From: Dicyema japonicum
Taxonomy: Eukaryota; Animalia; Dicyemida
DNA: 64,000 bases
Direction of reading: 5' to 3'
Assembly (NCBI GenBank): GCA_011109175.1
Contig: RDEW01000005.1
Span: 1,794,657-1,858,656, forward strand
Shown here: in pieces, positions 24,421 to 36,250 of the stretch
Numbering within the stretch: position 1 is the stretch's first letter
How the letters are laid out: every line of letters begins with the position of its first letter
The notes under the pieces: generated by a model
Told to the model about the DNA's origin: nothing
Databases searched by the model: none
What the model saw: the letters and a program-made list of their open reading frames with translations, nothing else
Made by a program: the position numbers and the translations under genes

Positions 24421-24852
24421 ATGTCGCATTCAATTCCCAAAAAGCTAAACGAAGAGTTAATGGACCTTGATAATAATTTAATGTCCCTTGAGAACACTCT
24501 CGACGACTATATTCGGACAACCTCACTCCCTTCTTTCAAAGAAAAGGCCTCACCTTTACAGTACGCAAAAATAAACCTTCTAGAGCTGTACTTGATCAAC
24601 TCTCTATTTTGGAGTAAGAGCTTGCTAATATTTTAGGTTATATCAAAGTAAAAGGTGAGGATCCATCTGACTACCTCATTAAAAATGAGATGGTACTTTC
24701 TCTTGTGACCGTTGTAGGACAGGATTCAAAAGAATATCAAGAAATGTGCTGAGCTGTCTCAACGAAAAGTTAAGAAGCCGAAAATTAAGAAAGACGTTGT
24801 AAACAGAATCCTAAAACATGAAATTAAGGCCAATTCGGCTAATAGTTTGTAA
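24421..24852 (+). CDS. C1D: Nuclear nucleic-acid-binding protein C1D (Rrp47, exosome cofactor); introns 24614-24636 and 24693-24717
   Basis: Spliced ...SPLQYAKINLLELYLINSLFWSYIKVKGEDPSDYLIKNEMDRIQ... matches C1D ([44 protein letters not shown]); frame intact. Confidence 0.85.
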
Positions 24853-24951
24853 TTTGGATTAATTTTAGATACAAAATTAAAGAAATAATGATTTTTATTT
24901 TTAAATTTTTTAATTAATTCTTTGACTTATTTATTTTCTTGTTGTTCTGAT

Positions 24952-25594
24952 ATGTCTGCCACTGGTAATAGAACCCAGCAACATAGGCTTGTTTTGCTGG
25001 GAAACACGGCTGTGGGGAAGTCCAGCCTTGTTTTGCAGTTTGTTAAGGGACAGTTCTTGCAGTTCCAGGAGCCCACGATAGGAGGTTGGGTTTATATCGA
25101 TTTCAGCTTCTTTCTTGACTCAGTCGGTCACGGTGGAAGATGTTACGGTCAAGTTTGAGATCTGGGACACAGCTGGGCAAGAGAGGTATCGCAGTCTGGC
25201 CCCAATGTACTACAGAGGGGCCGAAGCGGCCGTTGTTGTGTATGACGTCACATGCGAGGAAAGCTTTTTCAAAGCAAAAGACTGGATTGAAGAATTGCGC
25301 AGACACTCCACAGATGACATTGTCATCGTGTTGGTGGGAAATAAAGTGGATTTGGCCACGGAATCGAGGGTTGTCGACGCTGAAATGGCTGAGAAGTACT
25401 CAAGCGGGGACGGTTTCTTGTTTCTGGAGGCCTCAGCAAAGACGAACTTCAATGTGAATGAAATATTCATTAATTTGGGTAATTTTTGTATAATTGTAGC
25501 GAGGGAACTTATAAAACGAGGCCCTAGAAAGGGGTCAGGAGTGAGGGAGGAGACTTTGGCGAATAAAAAAGAGACATCTAAGACGTGCTGTTAG
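24952..25594 (+). CDS. RAB5: Rab5-family small GTPase; introns 25085-25106 (22 nt) and 25479-25499 (21 nt)
   Basis: [65 protein letters not shown]-terminal CC prenylation motif. Confidence 0.93.
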
Positions 25595-25689
25595 AATTAT
25601 TAACATTTGGGATTATTTATTATATATTATTTAATAAGGTTATTAACCTATTAAGTTTACCTTTGTTATCGTAGTCTCTATAACCTTTC

Positions 25690-25945
25690 TCCCTCACCAA
25701 ATCCTCTGATGAAGATTACACTATGAAAACTATTCCGCTAAAGAATGATTGATATCCGCGACGATAGGACGTGGACAAAAATGGAAGAGGGCAGACCTAC
25801 TTCTCTTCGGAAGCCTGCAATGAAGTATTGGAAGATGGATTTGGTCTGCACAATCAGATGTTCTCCCTTTGGTTCCTTCCTTGGATTAGTTAGCTATGAC
25901 TTTTGTGCTGGGCTTACAATGGTAAGCCTGGGGTTAATAATAAGG
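25690..25945 (+). repeat. ~250-bp SINE-like repeat ending in the LINE-type cctggggttaataa terminus
   Basis: Close copy at 50085-50300 (-); contains the 60-nt core and cagatgttctccc...ggcttacaatggtaagcctggggttaataa. Confidence 0.75.
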
Positions 25946-27501
25946 TGCTATATGGTGGCTATCTCTACTAAATAGGTCCTCAAAAGTCCACTTAACTTTG
26001 GTGGACTACTGACCTATTATTTCACCATGGGTTGTTGAGAGGAGAGTCTCCATTTGGTTTTAATTATAGTATGTCTCATCTCTACAAAGTCCTCTTGTTT
26101 GTCTGCTTAGGTCTTTGTACAGGTCAATTGGTCTCCATCGAACTAGGACGGTCGGGGAAGTAATTTTTCTACTACAACAGTTCTTGTTAATTTATAAATA
26201 TATTTACTGACCTCTCAAAATGTCCCAAATCTCCTACATGGTGGTCGAAATAATTCGCTACCCTTTATTCCTCAAATATGGAAACTGTAACTCACTTTAC
26301 TTAAATCAGCATTAATGAAATTTATTCAGTCAATGCCCTCCATTTAGCTATTCCATGGTTGTAGCTCTTTTCTGAGAGACAGAGCTAAACCATGGGCGTC
26401 TAACTGTCATCATTTTCTGGAAATCTTTGTCCGACGGGACTGAAAATATGAAAGGGTGGAGCTCTCCTCACATTACGTCTTTGTCAACGATATTTTGGCT
26501 AACATATCAGCTCTCTTTTCCTTTGACGATCCTTTCCAACAATCGTCTGAATGGAAAATACTCTTATCAACGGTAACTTAAACACATAGTCCTCTCCAGT
26601 TTACTAACAAGAATTGAACCAAAGGGATCTTTCACATCCGACAACACTGAAGACCTTAATGATCAAAGTAAACGCACAACGGTGACTCTTGGGAATTTTC
26701 CTTGTGGCTCCCATCTCTTGGGATGTTCTTGTGTACAAACCGTGAACAGATCATACTGAAAATTCCATAAAACGGAAGTTAATTAATACATCACTGACCA
26801 TTGTCAACTTATCACCACACAGATTGACTTAGCGCCAAGATTTCAAACTAAGAAATCATTTCAAACGAAAAAAAGAACAACGGGAAGCCGTTCTGAGAAA
26901 AGCAACAAAAACACCCCTTCCACAACTCTATAGGAATTGATAAAGAGGCTCAAGAAGTTTTCTTCAGATCAGGCCTAAATCCCAATATTATTAAAGCAAC
27001 ACACGTAAAACCATAATAGCTACCCCTGCAGCGTTAGAAACCATCAAACTAAACGGCTCCACCTTCCACATTCGTGCGCAAATCCCAATAAGCTTATGAA
27101 TTACGCAAATATTATCCACAAAGCCTATTCCTGTATTATCGCACAAGCCGGAAATGTCCGGAAAGAATACTTTTCGAACCAACTATATTCCACCATAAGA
27201 TATACGGGAGGATAAGATAATATCTCTATTTATGGACTAAACATATGGGATAACCTGCGATAAAGGCAGTAATCCAAATCTTCAATTTATTGGTCGACGA
27301 AAAACGAGATCCCAAAACACCTATCAATCCTTCCTCTTGGCAGGTCTCCATCTGTGCGCCTTCACACATGGTTTCGGCGCAACTAACTAACCAAAACAAT
27401 TCAATTTATTTTTGATGCCGTAATAAATAATATATTTGATTTTTAATAAAAAAAACTTTATTACGTAACAAAACGATCAAAACAATCCGACTGAAATAAT
27501 A

Positions 27502-27548
27502 GAGTGGCTTTTGACAACTGTCAGAGAAATCCTTTGGAACAGCCACTC
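27502..27548. repeat. ~50-bp inverted-repeat mini-element (copy 1)
   Basis: gagtggct...tttggaacagccactc; second copy at 33084-33136. Confidence 0.65.
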
Positions 27549-27799
27549 GAATTATTTTCGACCTCTTTCTCACTTAAGGACGACTCTTAGTGACACAGTT
27601 TTAAATGAATTTTCAAAAATTAATTTTTATCATGTTTTGCTTAGTTGTCAAATTAGATGATAAATGGATATATCCCTTTCTTATTATCGATCTATCCCCA
27701 TCGTCCATATTATATCCGTCCACTAAATAAAAAATTAGAGGAGAAACCATTTCTAATAAAAAATCTGACCTTGTAAATGCACTTTATTAATAATCGTTA

Positions 27800-28090
27800 A
27801 ATTTATCAATTTGAGGACCATGCGATAGCCGAGCTGATTGCGTTGTCATTCCCTCTCATAATTGCGAGCAAAATTCGCTCAAATAGCTAGAATCGTGTAG
27901 AAATCCGATTCTCTAGTTGATCCTGGAATTCGATGGAATTTGAAAGCAATTGGACCGTTATGTCTCGACTGCGAGTAGAGCGAACAAAACATCGTCGTGT
28001 AGGACAGTGTATTTTGCTCGTTTTGATCTCTCGGCTTCTCGGCGGCCAAACAGGCTCACGAGGCACTTTGATGTAGGTTGTTAGGGGCGG
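27800..28090 (-). mobile_element. CRE-like retroelement 3' end
   Basis: Minus strand 'AAEK...KRAKYTVLHDDVLFALLAVET...(F)ERILLAIMRGNDNAI'. Confidence 0.65.
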
Positions 28091-28496
28091 AGGAACTTTA
28101 TGAAATGAAATAAAAAATTATAAAGGCCAAAGTAAAATCAAACTAGCCAATCATGTGATTATGACACGTTGCAGAAGTCTCCTCATCTTGGACTGATGTT
28201 TTTCTTTCAAACCCACACAAACATGTATTAGGCGTAGAACCAAATGATAATAGTTACACTGACGCATCCTTGGTTTTTACGAATCAAGGATTTACGGGGA
28301 GTTGTTGAGGAGCATTTCTTTCCTGATAAATGACTTGAATGAAATTATTATAACCCTCCAAGAGAGACGGTGTAGTAGGTCTTCCATTTTTATCATGCGT
28401 TCTAGTGTCGTGGAAATCACTTCATTCTTAGGCGGGAGAGTTTTCATAATGGGGATCTTTACCAGTAGAGTTGGTCTGGAATGATGAGGTGAATTC

Positions 28497-28800
28497 GCCA
28501 TGTGGTGCTGCGTGGTTAATTGGTTTAATTTTTCTGCTTGCTTGTCTGTTCCTCCTCTCTCTTCCTAATAGAGTGGCGTCATGTGATCCACCTGTCTAGG
28601 TGACGCCCAGTGCCAGGCCGGCATGAAAAAGGATCATTTGCTCTTCCCCACTCCACTGGAGGGGTTTCCACAACTGCATGTAATGGACGTCTTACCCTTT
28701 CTGCTGATGGACTCTGTTTCTGTAGAAGTGGAAACTGGATACACTTAATTAGTTGGTTACTTTAACTTCTTTCTCGGTGTATCCGTGGTTAATAAATAAA
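28497..28800 (+). mobile_element. Structured SINE-like element (copy 1)
   Basis: Alignable over ~300 bp to the TSD-flanked copy at 53240-53544; A-box-like head tggttaattgg; LINE-type 3' end and (taaa)n tail. Confidence 0.8.
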
Positions 28801-28902
28801 TGGGCGTCTCCTGAGTTAGATGGATCCAATGAGATGATTGTTAATATTATATCATAATGTTAAAATAATTATAAAATTTTTATTAATGAAATTTGAATAA
28901 AA

Positions 28903-29299
28903 ATGAAGGAATCTGGTGGGGTGTAAACAATGTTATGTTATTTTCATAGAATGGTCTCTCATATTTATCGGAGGCACTCACATCAGTCTGCAATGCCTCA
29001 GAGAATGAGGTCACAATCACAAATTCATTCAAGTCCGCTCTTCTAAAATTGACTGAGAATCAAATAGAAGTCTTCATTGGAGATCTCGTTTCTTTTTCAA
29101 AGTAATGTTTTGTGAATAAGAGACATGCCAAGAGGAAAACCATAACCGTTGATGATGTTGTCCTTTTATGCCGAAGAAATCCATCACTCGTTCCCATTTC
29201 TGATCATTGTAGGGGAAAATAATCAATGACAAGTTGGACGAGATCAAAGGAAATAAATCAGAGGGTAGAAAGTCAGAGACCAGCAGTATTATTAATTGA
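28903..29299 (+). CDS. CENPS: Centromere protein S (CENP-S/MHF1 histone-fold protein); introns 28921-28949, 29102-29122 and 29190-29212
   Basis: Spliced ...QIEVFIGDLVSFSKHAKRKTITVDDVVLLCRRNPSL.. matches CENP-S (DLEMFARHAKRTTINTEDVKLLARR). Confidence 0.85.
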
Positions 29300-29869
29300 T
29301 TTTTTTAAATATTAATTTCATTAAATTAAAAAAATGACTCCTCATGTGTTATTTTTTTAAATATGAATTCTGCACATGGCTTCGTATGATTCACAAACAG
29401 TCCCCGAGTTAGAGTGAACAAAAATTCTATTTTCTAAAATAGTGTAAAATAGATTTTCAAGTTCGAATCAAAGATGTTAACCACGTGGGCATGTCCTTAA
29501 TTTTAATTAGTTAAAATTAGATCTAGGATAGGGAACACGTGGGTAGATATGTAAGTTAACGAAATCGAAAAATTTTGTTTTTTTAAATATGTGGCTACAA
29601 TGTACTTAATATTTTTTTAAGAAAATTGAAAAATTAGTAAAAATGAAGTTAGTTGTATGAAAAGGTCTCCACTATGGCCTACAGGCATTGAGCACGCAAT
29701 GGGAGTTACCTCTAATGATTGCAAGCCTAATGTTCTGTAAGAGCGTTACGTCTTTGTGTTTGAATGACATTGAAATATTATATTTCATTTTGATACGATA
29801 ATCCCTCTGACGTTAACTTAATATAAAATTTTATTAAAAACAAAAAATTAATCAAAAATGATCCCCGTC

Positions 29870-30363
29870 GGCATAATCGACGTTGCGTTGCCTCTCACGA
29901 TTGCAACGGAGATCAACTGGATAAGCCACTAAGTCTCACGTGCGTCGTGGCTTTTTAGCGTCCCAGTTTCCTGACGAAAATTGGATGTTATAGCCCCCCT
30001 CTGTCGAATGCGAGTGATCTCAATTCGTCCAGGTCGTCCCCGTCTTTAGATTTTTTCTCACACGATTTAGGTCATTGTTTAAGGCAGTCGGAAGTGTCGA
30101 TCTAGGTCGTCCGCGGAAGGGTTTGTCGCAACTGTCAAAGTAATCTTCCATCGCTTTGTTAGCGAATACGTCCAGGTTCATTCTTAGAACATGCCTAAAT
30201 AGCCTCCACCGGGCATTTATCACATCCTTGCTGATGTAAGAACTCATACACTTGTTGTAGATACCAGTGGTTGATATTCTACGTGGCCACTCCATTCCGA
30301 GTAAGCTTCTTAGTTGCCTTCTATGGAACGAATCCAGTTTCAATAGTTCGTTGAAGGAACTGG
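29870..30363 (-). mobile_element. RTE-clade LINE, 3' portion
   Basis: ORF 30020..30373 'LDSFHRRQLRSLLGMEWP...ARWRLFRHVLRM...GRPRSTL'. Confidence 0.8.
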
Positions 30364-30705
30364 GCAGTGACACAATATCTGCCCTTAAAAGGACACATTA
30401 TTCTGGTCTTACTGGCTAATAACTTTTTGTGAAGAGTGTAGTAATTACCATCCATTTGAAGGATGAATACGAAGTTGAATTTCATGAATCGGTGTATATG
30501 TCGAGGTCGATTTTTAGGTCGACAAATGTCGACTTATACACCGGCAAATACGGTAATTAGTGAATTTACGCCTTCTTTCTTGGTGTTCCCTTCTCGGGGT
30601 TATCAAATAAATAAATGGCCAAGAGAGGGAATAAAGTTTTTTTGTGTCTTCCGTATCTGTACCGGTGGTTGTCAAACATTGAGTCAGAACAGGAGCCAGA
30701 CTCTA
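30364..30705 (+). repeat. 342-bp duplicate of 34976-35318 (pogo right end + LINE tail + CRE flank) inserted inside an RTE
   Basis: Near-identical to 34976-35318, with only a handful of differences seen by eye; runs through the pogo TIR into flanking DNA. Confidence 0.9.
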
Positions 30706-32170
30706 CCCACTGTGATTGAGATTTTTAGCGCCTTTGCTTCTCCCTGGAAAAAAGTCCTTATTTTCTATATTCAACAATATTTCAAAGTGTCGTGCAATCA
30801 ATTCTGCTTTTTCTTCTGGTTGCCCACGAATTTTCCATCTTTGTCTTTGATGTGAAGGGTGTTTTGTCCTTTCTTTGTCCGCAGCAGCCGCAAAGCCGCA
30901 TACATCCTTGAATTGTCTTTAGGCATTCCACATCTTTTAATAGGGATGTAATAATTTCCCGTGAGTGTTTTCTGTTCATCTTTTTGATTTTCCATTTTAG
31001 TTCCCTTTGTTGGATTTTAAGCTCTTTTTTTTACTCTCGTCTGACGTGTTTGCCGCTTTAGCGTAGCTCTCTGCAATGCTTTGCCATATTGGCACGTTCG
31101 GGTGGTGATCCAATTTTAGGGCGTGATGATTCGGACTCCAAGGCATATTGGCCGACTTGGAGATTGCCTGTTTGTTTGATCCCACAGAGTTCGTACTGAT
31201 GATTCCGGTACCAGAGTCTCGATTTGTTCGTGATATTTAGCTCTACAAGTGGCTCTAACCACAATTTTTCTGTCTGAAAGTATATATTGGGCTTTGTCTC
31301 GTTTTCGCGTTTTCAATGTATTTTTTCCCAGTCAGGTGCTTTTTTACACAAAAGTTTTGCAATACGATCCTGTGGTCGCTGTCGTTGTTGTTCCCTGGTA
31401 GGAACGTGCATCATTTATCAGGTGTTTATCAGACTTTCGGCAGATAATGTAGTCGATTTGATTATATATATTCACGGTCTCCCTACAGAGTTTTTTCTTT
31501 GTCCGTGCCACGTCGTCTTGTGGCAAGCTGAGTGGGTAAGGCCGTGTTGCACAGGAAAAGGCTATCAGAGGTTCACCATAGAGGCTCCCGATGCATTTCT
31601 CCTTCCACCCTCGTGTCTTCCAATAGAGGATTCTTCGGGCCCCATTCGCATTCCGACCTTTGCATACATATTTCCTGCAACAAAGGCAAGGACAAGGAAG
31701 CATTATTAGGGTATGTGCTTGATAGTTCTGAGTAGAATTCCTCGAGCTCACCTGGGTTCTTGATTACTCGTCCACAGTGTGGTGCATAGACATTTATGAC
31801 AGTTAATAGACTCTTGGGACGGGCATAGTTCATTTAGTTTGACATGTAGGACACATATTCGGTCGTTGACTCTCCAATAGCGATGTAATTTTTTGAGATA
31901 ATCCACGTGTAAAACAAATCCCATGCCGTAGTGCTTGCATTCAGTTGGGAAGAGAATCAGTCGGTAGTTGTTCCATGTCTCATCGCGTCCATTTTCGATT
32001 TTCGTCTCTTGTAGGCAGCCAATAGATATTTTGTATTTCTTGAGATTTCACAAAGTACTTTCCTTGTCCAATCTTTCGATATTCCACGTACGTTGAACGT
32101 CATTAGCCTGAGTTCTCGATTGTATAATGAGTGTTTTTCAGACATTTTCCTTAACCGTTGTAAAGAGAAG
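30706..32170 (-). mobile_element. RTE-clade LINE, 5' portion (APE endonuclease and linker)
   Basis: TFNVRG, INVYAPH...EEFYSEL, YNQIDYIICR, SDHR motifs in successive frameshifted ORFs. Confidence 0.85.
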
Positions 32171-32303
32171 AAACGAGGCACGCCCTGCATTCTCTGAGAA
32201 TTTATAATTTCAAACATTTAAAATAATTTAAAATATCGATATTCCACCATATTTTTTGATTTTAATTAATAATTTATTACCTAACAAAACAATGTAATCC
32301 GCT

Positions 32304-33067
32304 AGCAGGAACAAATACGTGGGTATAGTAAAATCAGAGCTTCAGTCACATATTGACGACCTGGGAGCCTGGTTGAAGTTGAATCGTCTCTCCATGTCCA
32401 GGGATAAATCAACGTATACAATCTTCACCACGGACAGAAAAGAAAACATACACTGGATTGAACATTTATGGAGACTCCTTACCATTACAGATTCGTCCAA
32501 CTATCCTGGGAGTGACATTTGACCTTTGATGACATTTTCTCAACATGTGAAGAACGTTATGACAAAGGGTCTCAGGAAACTAAATATAATCAAACCGCTC
32601 TTTAAGTCCAGGCCGTCACAGGAATGCGCTGTTATCTTGTCCTAAAACCGACGATAGAGTATGGTTGTGCCTCATGGGCCTATGGAGCTTTGATAGCAAA
32701 TTCATTCAAGATCAATTCCCTAATTAACAAACTGGCACGTCTAACGAATCTACCCCGATCTTTTCTTGACCACACCGCAATCAAAAATAATGGCTCCGGC
32801 TTCATCGGTCTGTGTGGTTACGAAACAAGTCGTTTCTTCCATTCAAGGCTAGAGGCCTCAAATACACGAAATTTGGGGGAAAAACTCACTCTCTTCAAAC
32901 TCTAATGAAAGATGATCGTCGTCTATTTAGGAAAGGCGTGGATACTCTGGAGGAACATAGGAAAAACCTCTCGATCCTGTTGAGGCGTGCCGGGATCACT
33001 TAATTAGTTGGTTTACTCCTTCTTTCTTGTGTTCCCTTTTCGGGTTATTAAATAAATAAAATAAATA
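32304..33067 (+). mobile_element. 5'-truncated LINE insertion with target-site duplication
   Basis: WLKLNRLSMSRDKS, ILGVTFD, IEYGCASW, ...RRAGIT*; (taaa)n tail; flanks aatgtaatccgct (32291-32303) and aatgtaatccagct (~33068-33081). Confidence 0.85.
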
Positions 33068-33083
33068 AATGTAATCCAGCTGA

Positions 33084-33136
33084 GAGTGGCTGTTTCGCAT
33101 GACGACTACCAGAAAAATCTTTTGGAACAGCCACTC
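33084..33136. repeat. ~50-bp inverted-repeat mini-element (copy 2)
   Basis: gagtggctgtt...aacagccactc, a perfect 11-bp terminal inverted repeat. Confidence 0.65.
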
Positions 33137-33689
33137 GGTTTCCCGATGAATTAAGTGTTTGGGTTGATAGAAAATTATAAAATCCGTTAATACTACCTAC
33201 ACTTGAGGCAAGGTGGTTAACTTACTTAACTTGTATAACAGAGACACCGTCGGGACTAAGTTATGAAGCAATTGACTTGTACACATAAACAGATTGAAGA
33301 AAGTAGTATAGGTCGAGGGCTTTGGTCTGCGTCGCTTTACATGGAAGGAATGAGGTAAGTTTTTTGTGATTGGTCGCGTGTTTGTATGTTGAATTTTGGG
33401 GGTTGACAATACATACTTTTTAAAGTTTTCAAAAAGTGGCACACGAATGTTTACCGTTTAACAAAACGGTTCCACTTGTGTCAGTAATTAACTCGAATTA
33501 GTCACGATATTCTTGACTTGAGGGAGCTTAGAGTCTTTAACTTGTATCCGAGTTTTTCTACGGAATCTAGTTTTTAATGTGTGCCATTACGTGTGAGGAA
33601 AGTGTTGGTAAAAGCTCTTATAGGAAGAGAGAAGAATTAAAATCATTTCGGCATCCGAAATCATTCACGACAATATCTTTGTTCTCGCT

Positions 33690-35228
33690 GAGGCCGATCC
33701 TGGGTGACTGGATGTCATCAATGGCCAAGAGAATTTCCTAACAGCCAAATTGGTACGTCTAACGACTCTACTTGCCGATCTTTTCCCCCATGCTTGACCA
33801 CGCCTCAATCGAAAACAACGGCTCCGGTTTCATCGGTGTGTGTGGTTGCGAAACAAGTCGTTTCTTCCATTCAAGACTAGAAGCCTCAAATACACGTAAA
33901 TTGGGAAAAAACCAACCCCTCTTCAAATCTTAATGAAATGTGATCGTTGTCGATACAGGAAAGCCGTGGGTACTCTGGAGGAACATAAGAAAAACCTCTC
34001 GATCCTTTTGAGGTGTACCGGGATCACTTACCGTATTTGCCGGTGTATAAGTCGACCCCAACCCCCTAAAATTCGACGGAAATTTACGATTTTATGATAT
34101 TTCCTTTGTATACGCCATTTTGAATACTATTTACTTTGTACTGTGATATTACGCGCCGAGAAGACTAATAACAATGAACACTCTTAGAAAGTGATTTATT
34201 TTTAGTTAAAAAACAATAAATTAGAATTATAAAGTGCTTACATAGAGTTCAAAATCCGTCTTCGTCACTATTTCCAAAAAGCTCGTTCCATTCGTTTTCG
34301 TTTAGTCTGTCGTCATAAAGGCATCTTTTTGGTCTTCTTTATCCTCAGTTTCCTCTCTTCCCAGATAAGGTCCAACGAGACCGTTGGAAATGCAACATTT
34401 CTTAAAGGAGCGTTCCACTGTAGACAGCGACACATAATTCCACGACTGTTTAATCCATCCTGTTATTATTTATAACGAGGGTGCTTTCATGGCTCCCCCT
34501 TTAGTAAACTGCTTCTCGCCTTCTATCATCCAATTACTCCAATTTCCTCTCAAGCTGTCTTTGAACGGCTTGTTCAAAGAAACATCAAGTGGCTTCACAA
34601 CACTTGTTAGTCCACCAGGAATAACGGCGACATCAGTGTTGTTGCATTTAAGTTTTCTTTTGACGGAGGCCACTAGATGGGCTTTGAAAGAATCTCATAC
34701 GAGAAGACTTTTCTTCTTTAACATTCCTCCAGGTCGAGAGTTCCATGCTTTTTATATCCAGATCTTGATTCCCTCCTCATCCATCCTTTTGGATGATTGT
34801 AAATCACTACACCAGAAGGGAACTGGCCTTTCGGTAGAGTTTTTCTCTTAAAAACGACCATCGGCTTCAGCTTTGTTTCGTCTGAAGAGTTCAAGCCATT
34901 ATCGATGCGAACGGCGGCCACACAAAGTACTGAGCAACTTCCACGTACGAGAACGCATAATGTGTCCTTTTAAGAGCAGTGACAAAATATCTGCCCTTAA
35001 AAGGACACATTATTCTGGTCTTACTGGCTAATAACTTTTTGTGAAGAGTGTAGTAATTACCATCCATTTGAAGCGATGAATACGAAGTTGAATTTCATGA
35101 ATCGGTGTATAAGTCGAGGTCGATTTTTAGGTCGAAAAATGTCGACTTATACACCGGAAAATACGGTAATTAGTGAATTTACGCCTTCTTTCTTGGTGTT
35201 CCCTTCTCGGGGTTATCAAATAAATAAA
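33690..35228 (+). mobile_element. LINE 3' end interrupted at its stop codon by the pogo element
   Basis: 33760-34030 parallels 32760-33002; the 3' UTR and tail resume at 35167 (taattagtgaatttacgccttctttct...ggggttatcaaataaataaa). Confidence 0.85.
34031..35166 (-). mobile_element. Internally deleted pogo-family DNA transposon
   Basis: TIR ccgtatttgccggtgtataagtcgac / gtcgacttatacaccggaaaatacgg, TA on both sides; transposase remnants KLKPMVVFKRKT..., VIPGGLTSVVKPLDVSLNKPFK. Confidence 0.92.
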
Positions 35229-35229
35229 T

Positions 35230-36250
35230 GGCCAAGAGAGGGAATAAAGTTTTTTTGTGTCTTCCGTATCTGTACCGGTGGTTGTCAAAAATTGAGTCAG
35301 AACAGGAGCCAGACTCTAATTCTTGTTGAGTCGGTATCCAGAAGTGTTCCTTGCGACGCACAGTGAAGAGCCCAGAGCCACACCGCACTCACTTGTAGAT
35401 GTAGAGACTATGCATGCCTATGTCGGTTTTTGTCAGATTGAACCCCTCAACAGTATTGGCACAAAAAAGACCGTACAGGTTTTATGAGGTCTCAAGGCTT
35501 AGGCGTTTCCGAATATCTTAGGTAAGGCTTGTTAGCAATTCGGGCTGCGATCCGTATGGGTACTGGGTGATCAGACTAGGAGACCCCTAGCAGCGTTGAT
35601 CGAAGAGAAAAAAGTCGGGAAGGCCATTTCAAGAGGTGAATTGATACTTAGATGTCATTGTTACGTCGGTTCTTAAAACATGTGGCATTCCGTAGTAAGA
35701 AAAGAAGGGGGACGTGAAATATAAGTTCCGTAAAAAAAGTGCAGTATGTGTAATGAGAAATGTAAAGTTACGGGAAAAACAATTCGGAGTCATTCTTTGT
35801 AGGAAAGAAGAGATTTTCATTTAGGATAGAGGGGAACCCAAGAATAGCTTCTTCAATATTGGTGATGAATATTCCAAGGTGATAGAAGACATCTTTGATT
35901 GCACTTAGGAAAAGTCGTTCCTCGAGCATAACATGTTAATGATCTCGCATTAGGAAGGATTTTGATCTACTCTGAGAAAGTGGATCTCATCTTACTTGTC
36001 AGTTTTTAATCTAATCCGACGGTAGCATCGTCCAGATACCAAACGTTTAACATTCATCTGATTGCGGAAGCTAGCGAGTCAATCCCTAAAACAAATATTA
36101 GAGTCTCTAGTGGTTCAAAACTTGAGAGTTCCCTTTAAGAAGATCAGTGTGCAAAGTCCCCCATACGAAAGGTTTCAATTATGATGATTTTTGGAGTCCT
36201 GACAAAACAAGCTTCGATATGGAATCCCAACCAACACTATTCAATGGTTT
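35230..36250 (-). mobile_element. Decayed CRE-like RT region
   Basis: 'LNVWYLDDATV' (~36020-36055), the CRE-type catalytic motif; remainder degenerate. Confidence 0.55.

Noticed and set aside
24853-24951. Operon-like trans-splicing between C1D and RAB5
   Set aside because: The spacer is T-rich, but there is no acceptor AG close to the RAB5 start, and no spliced-leader gene was recognised.
15433-25594. Functional clustering of HAP40 with RAB5
   Set aside because: They are 8 kb apart with unrelated genes and TEs between them; most likely coincidence.
25705-25735. Hammerhead ribozyme core (CTGATGA-N12-GAAA; also ~50255-50280, minus strand)
   Set aside because: Stem II cannot form, no matching stem I/III with an NUH site was found, and the related copies have CTGGTA instead of CTGATGA.
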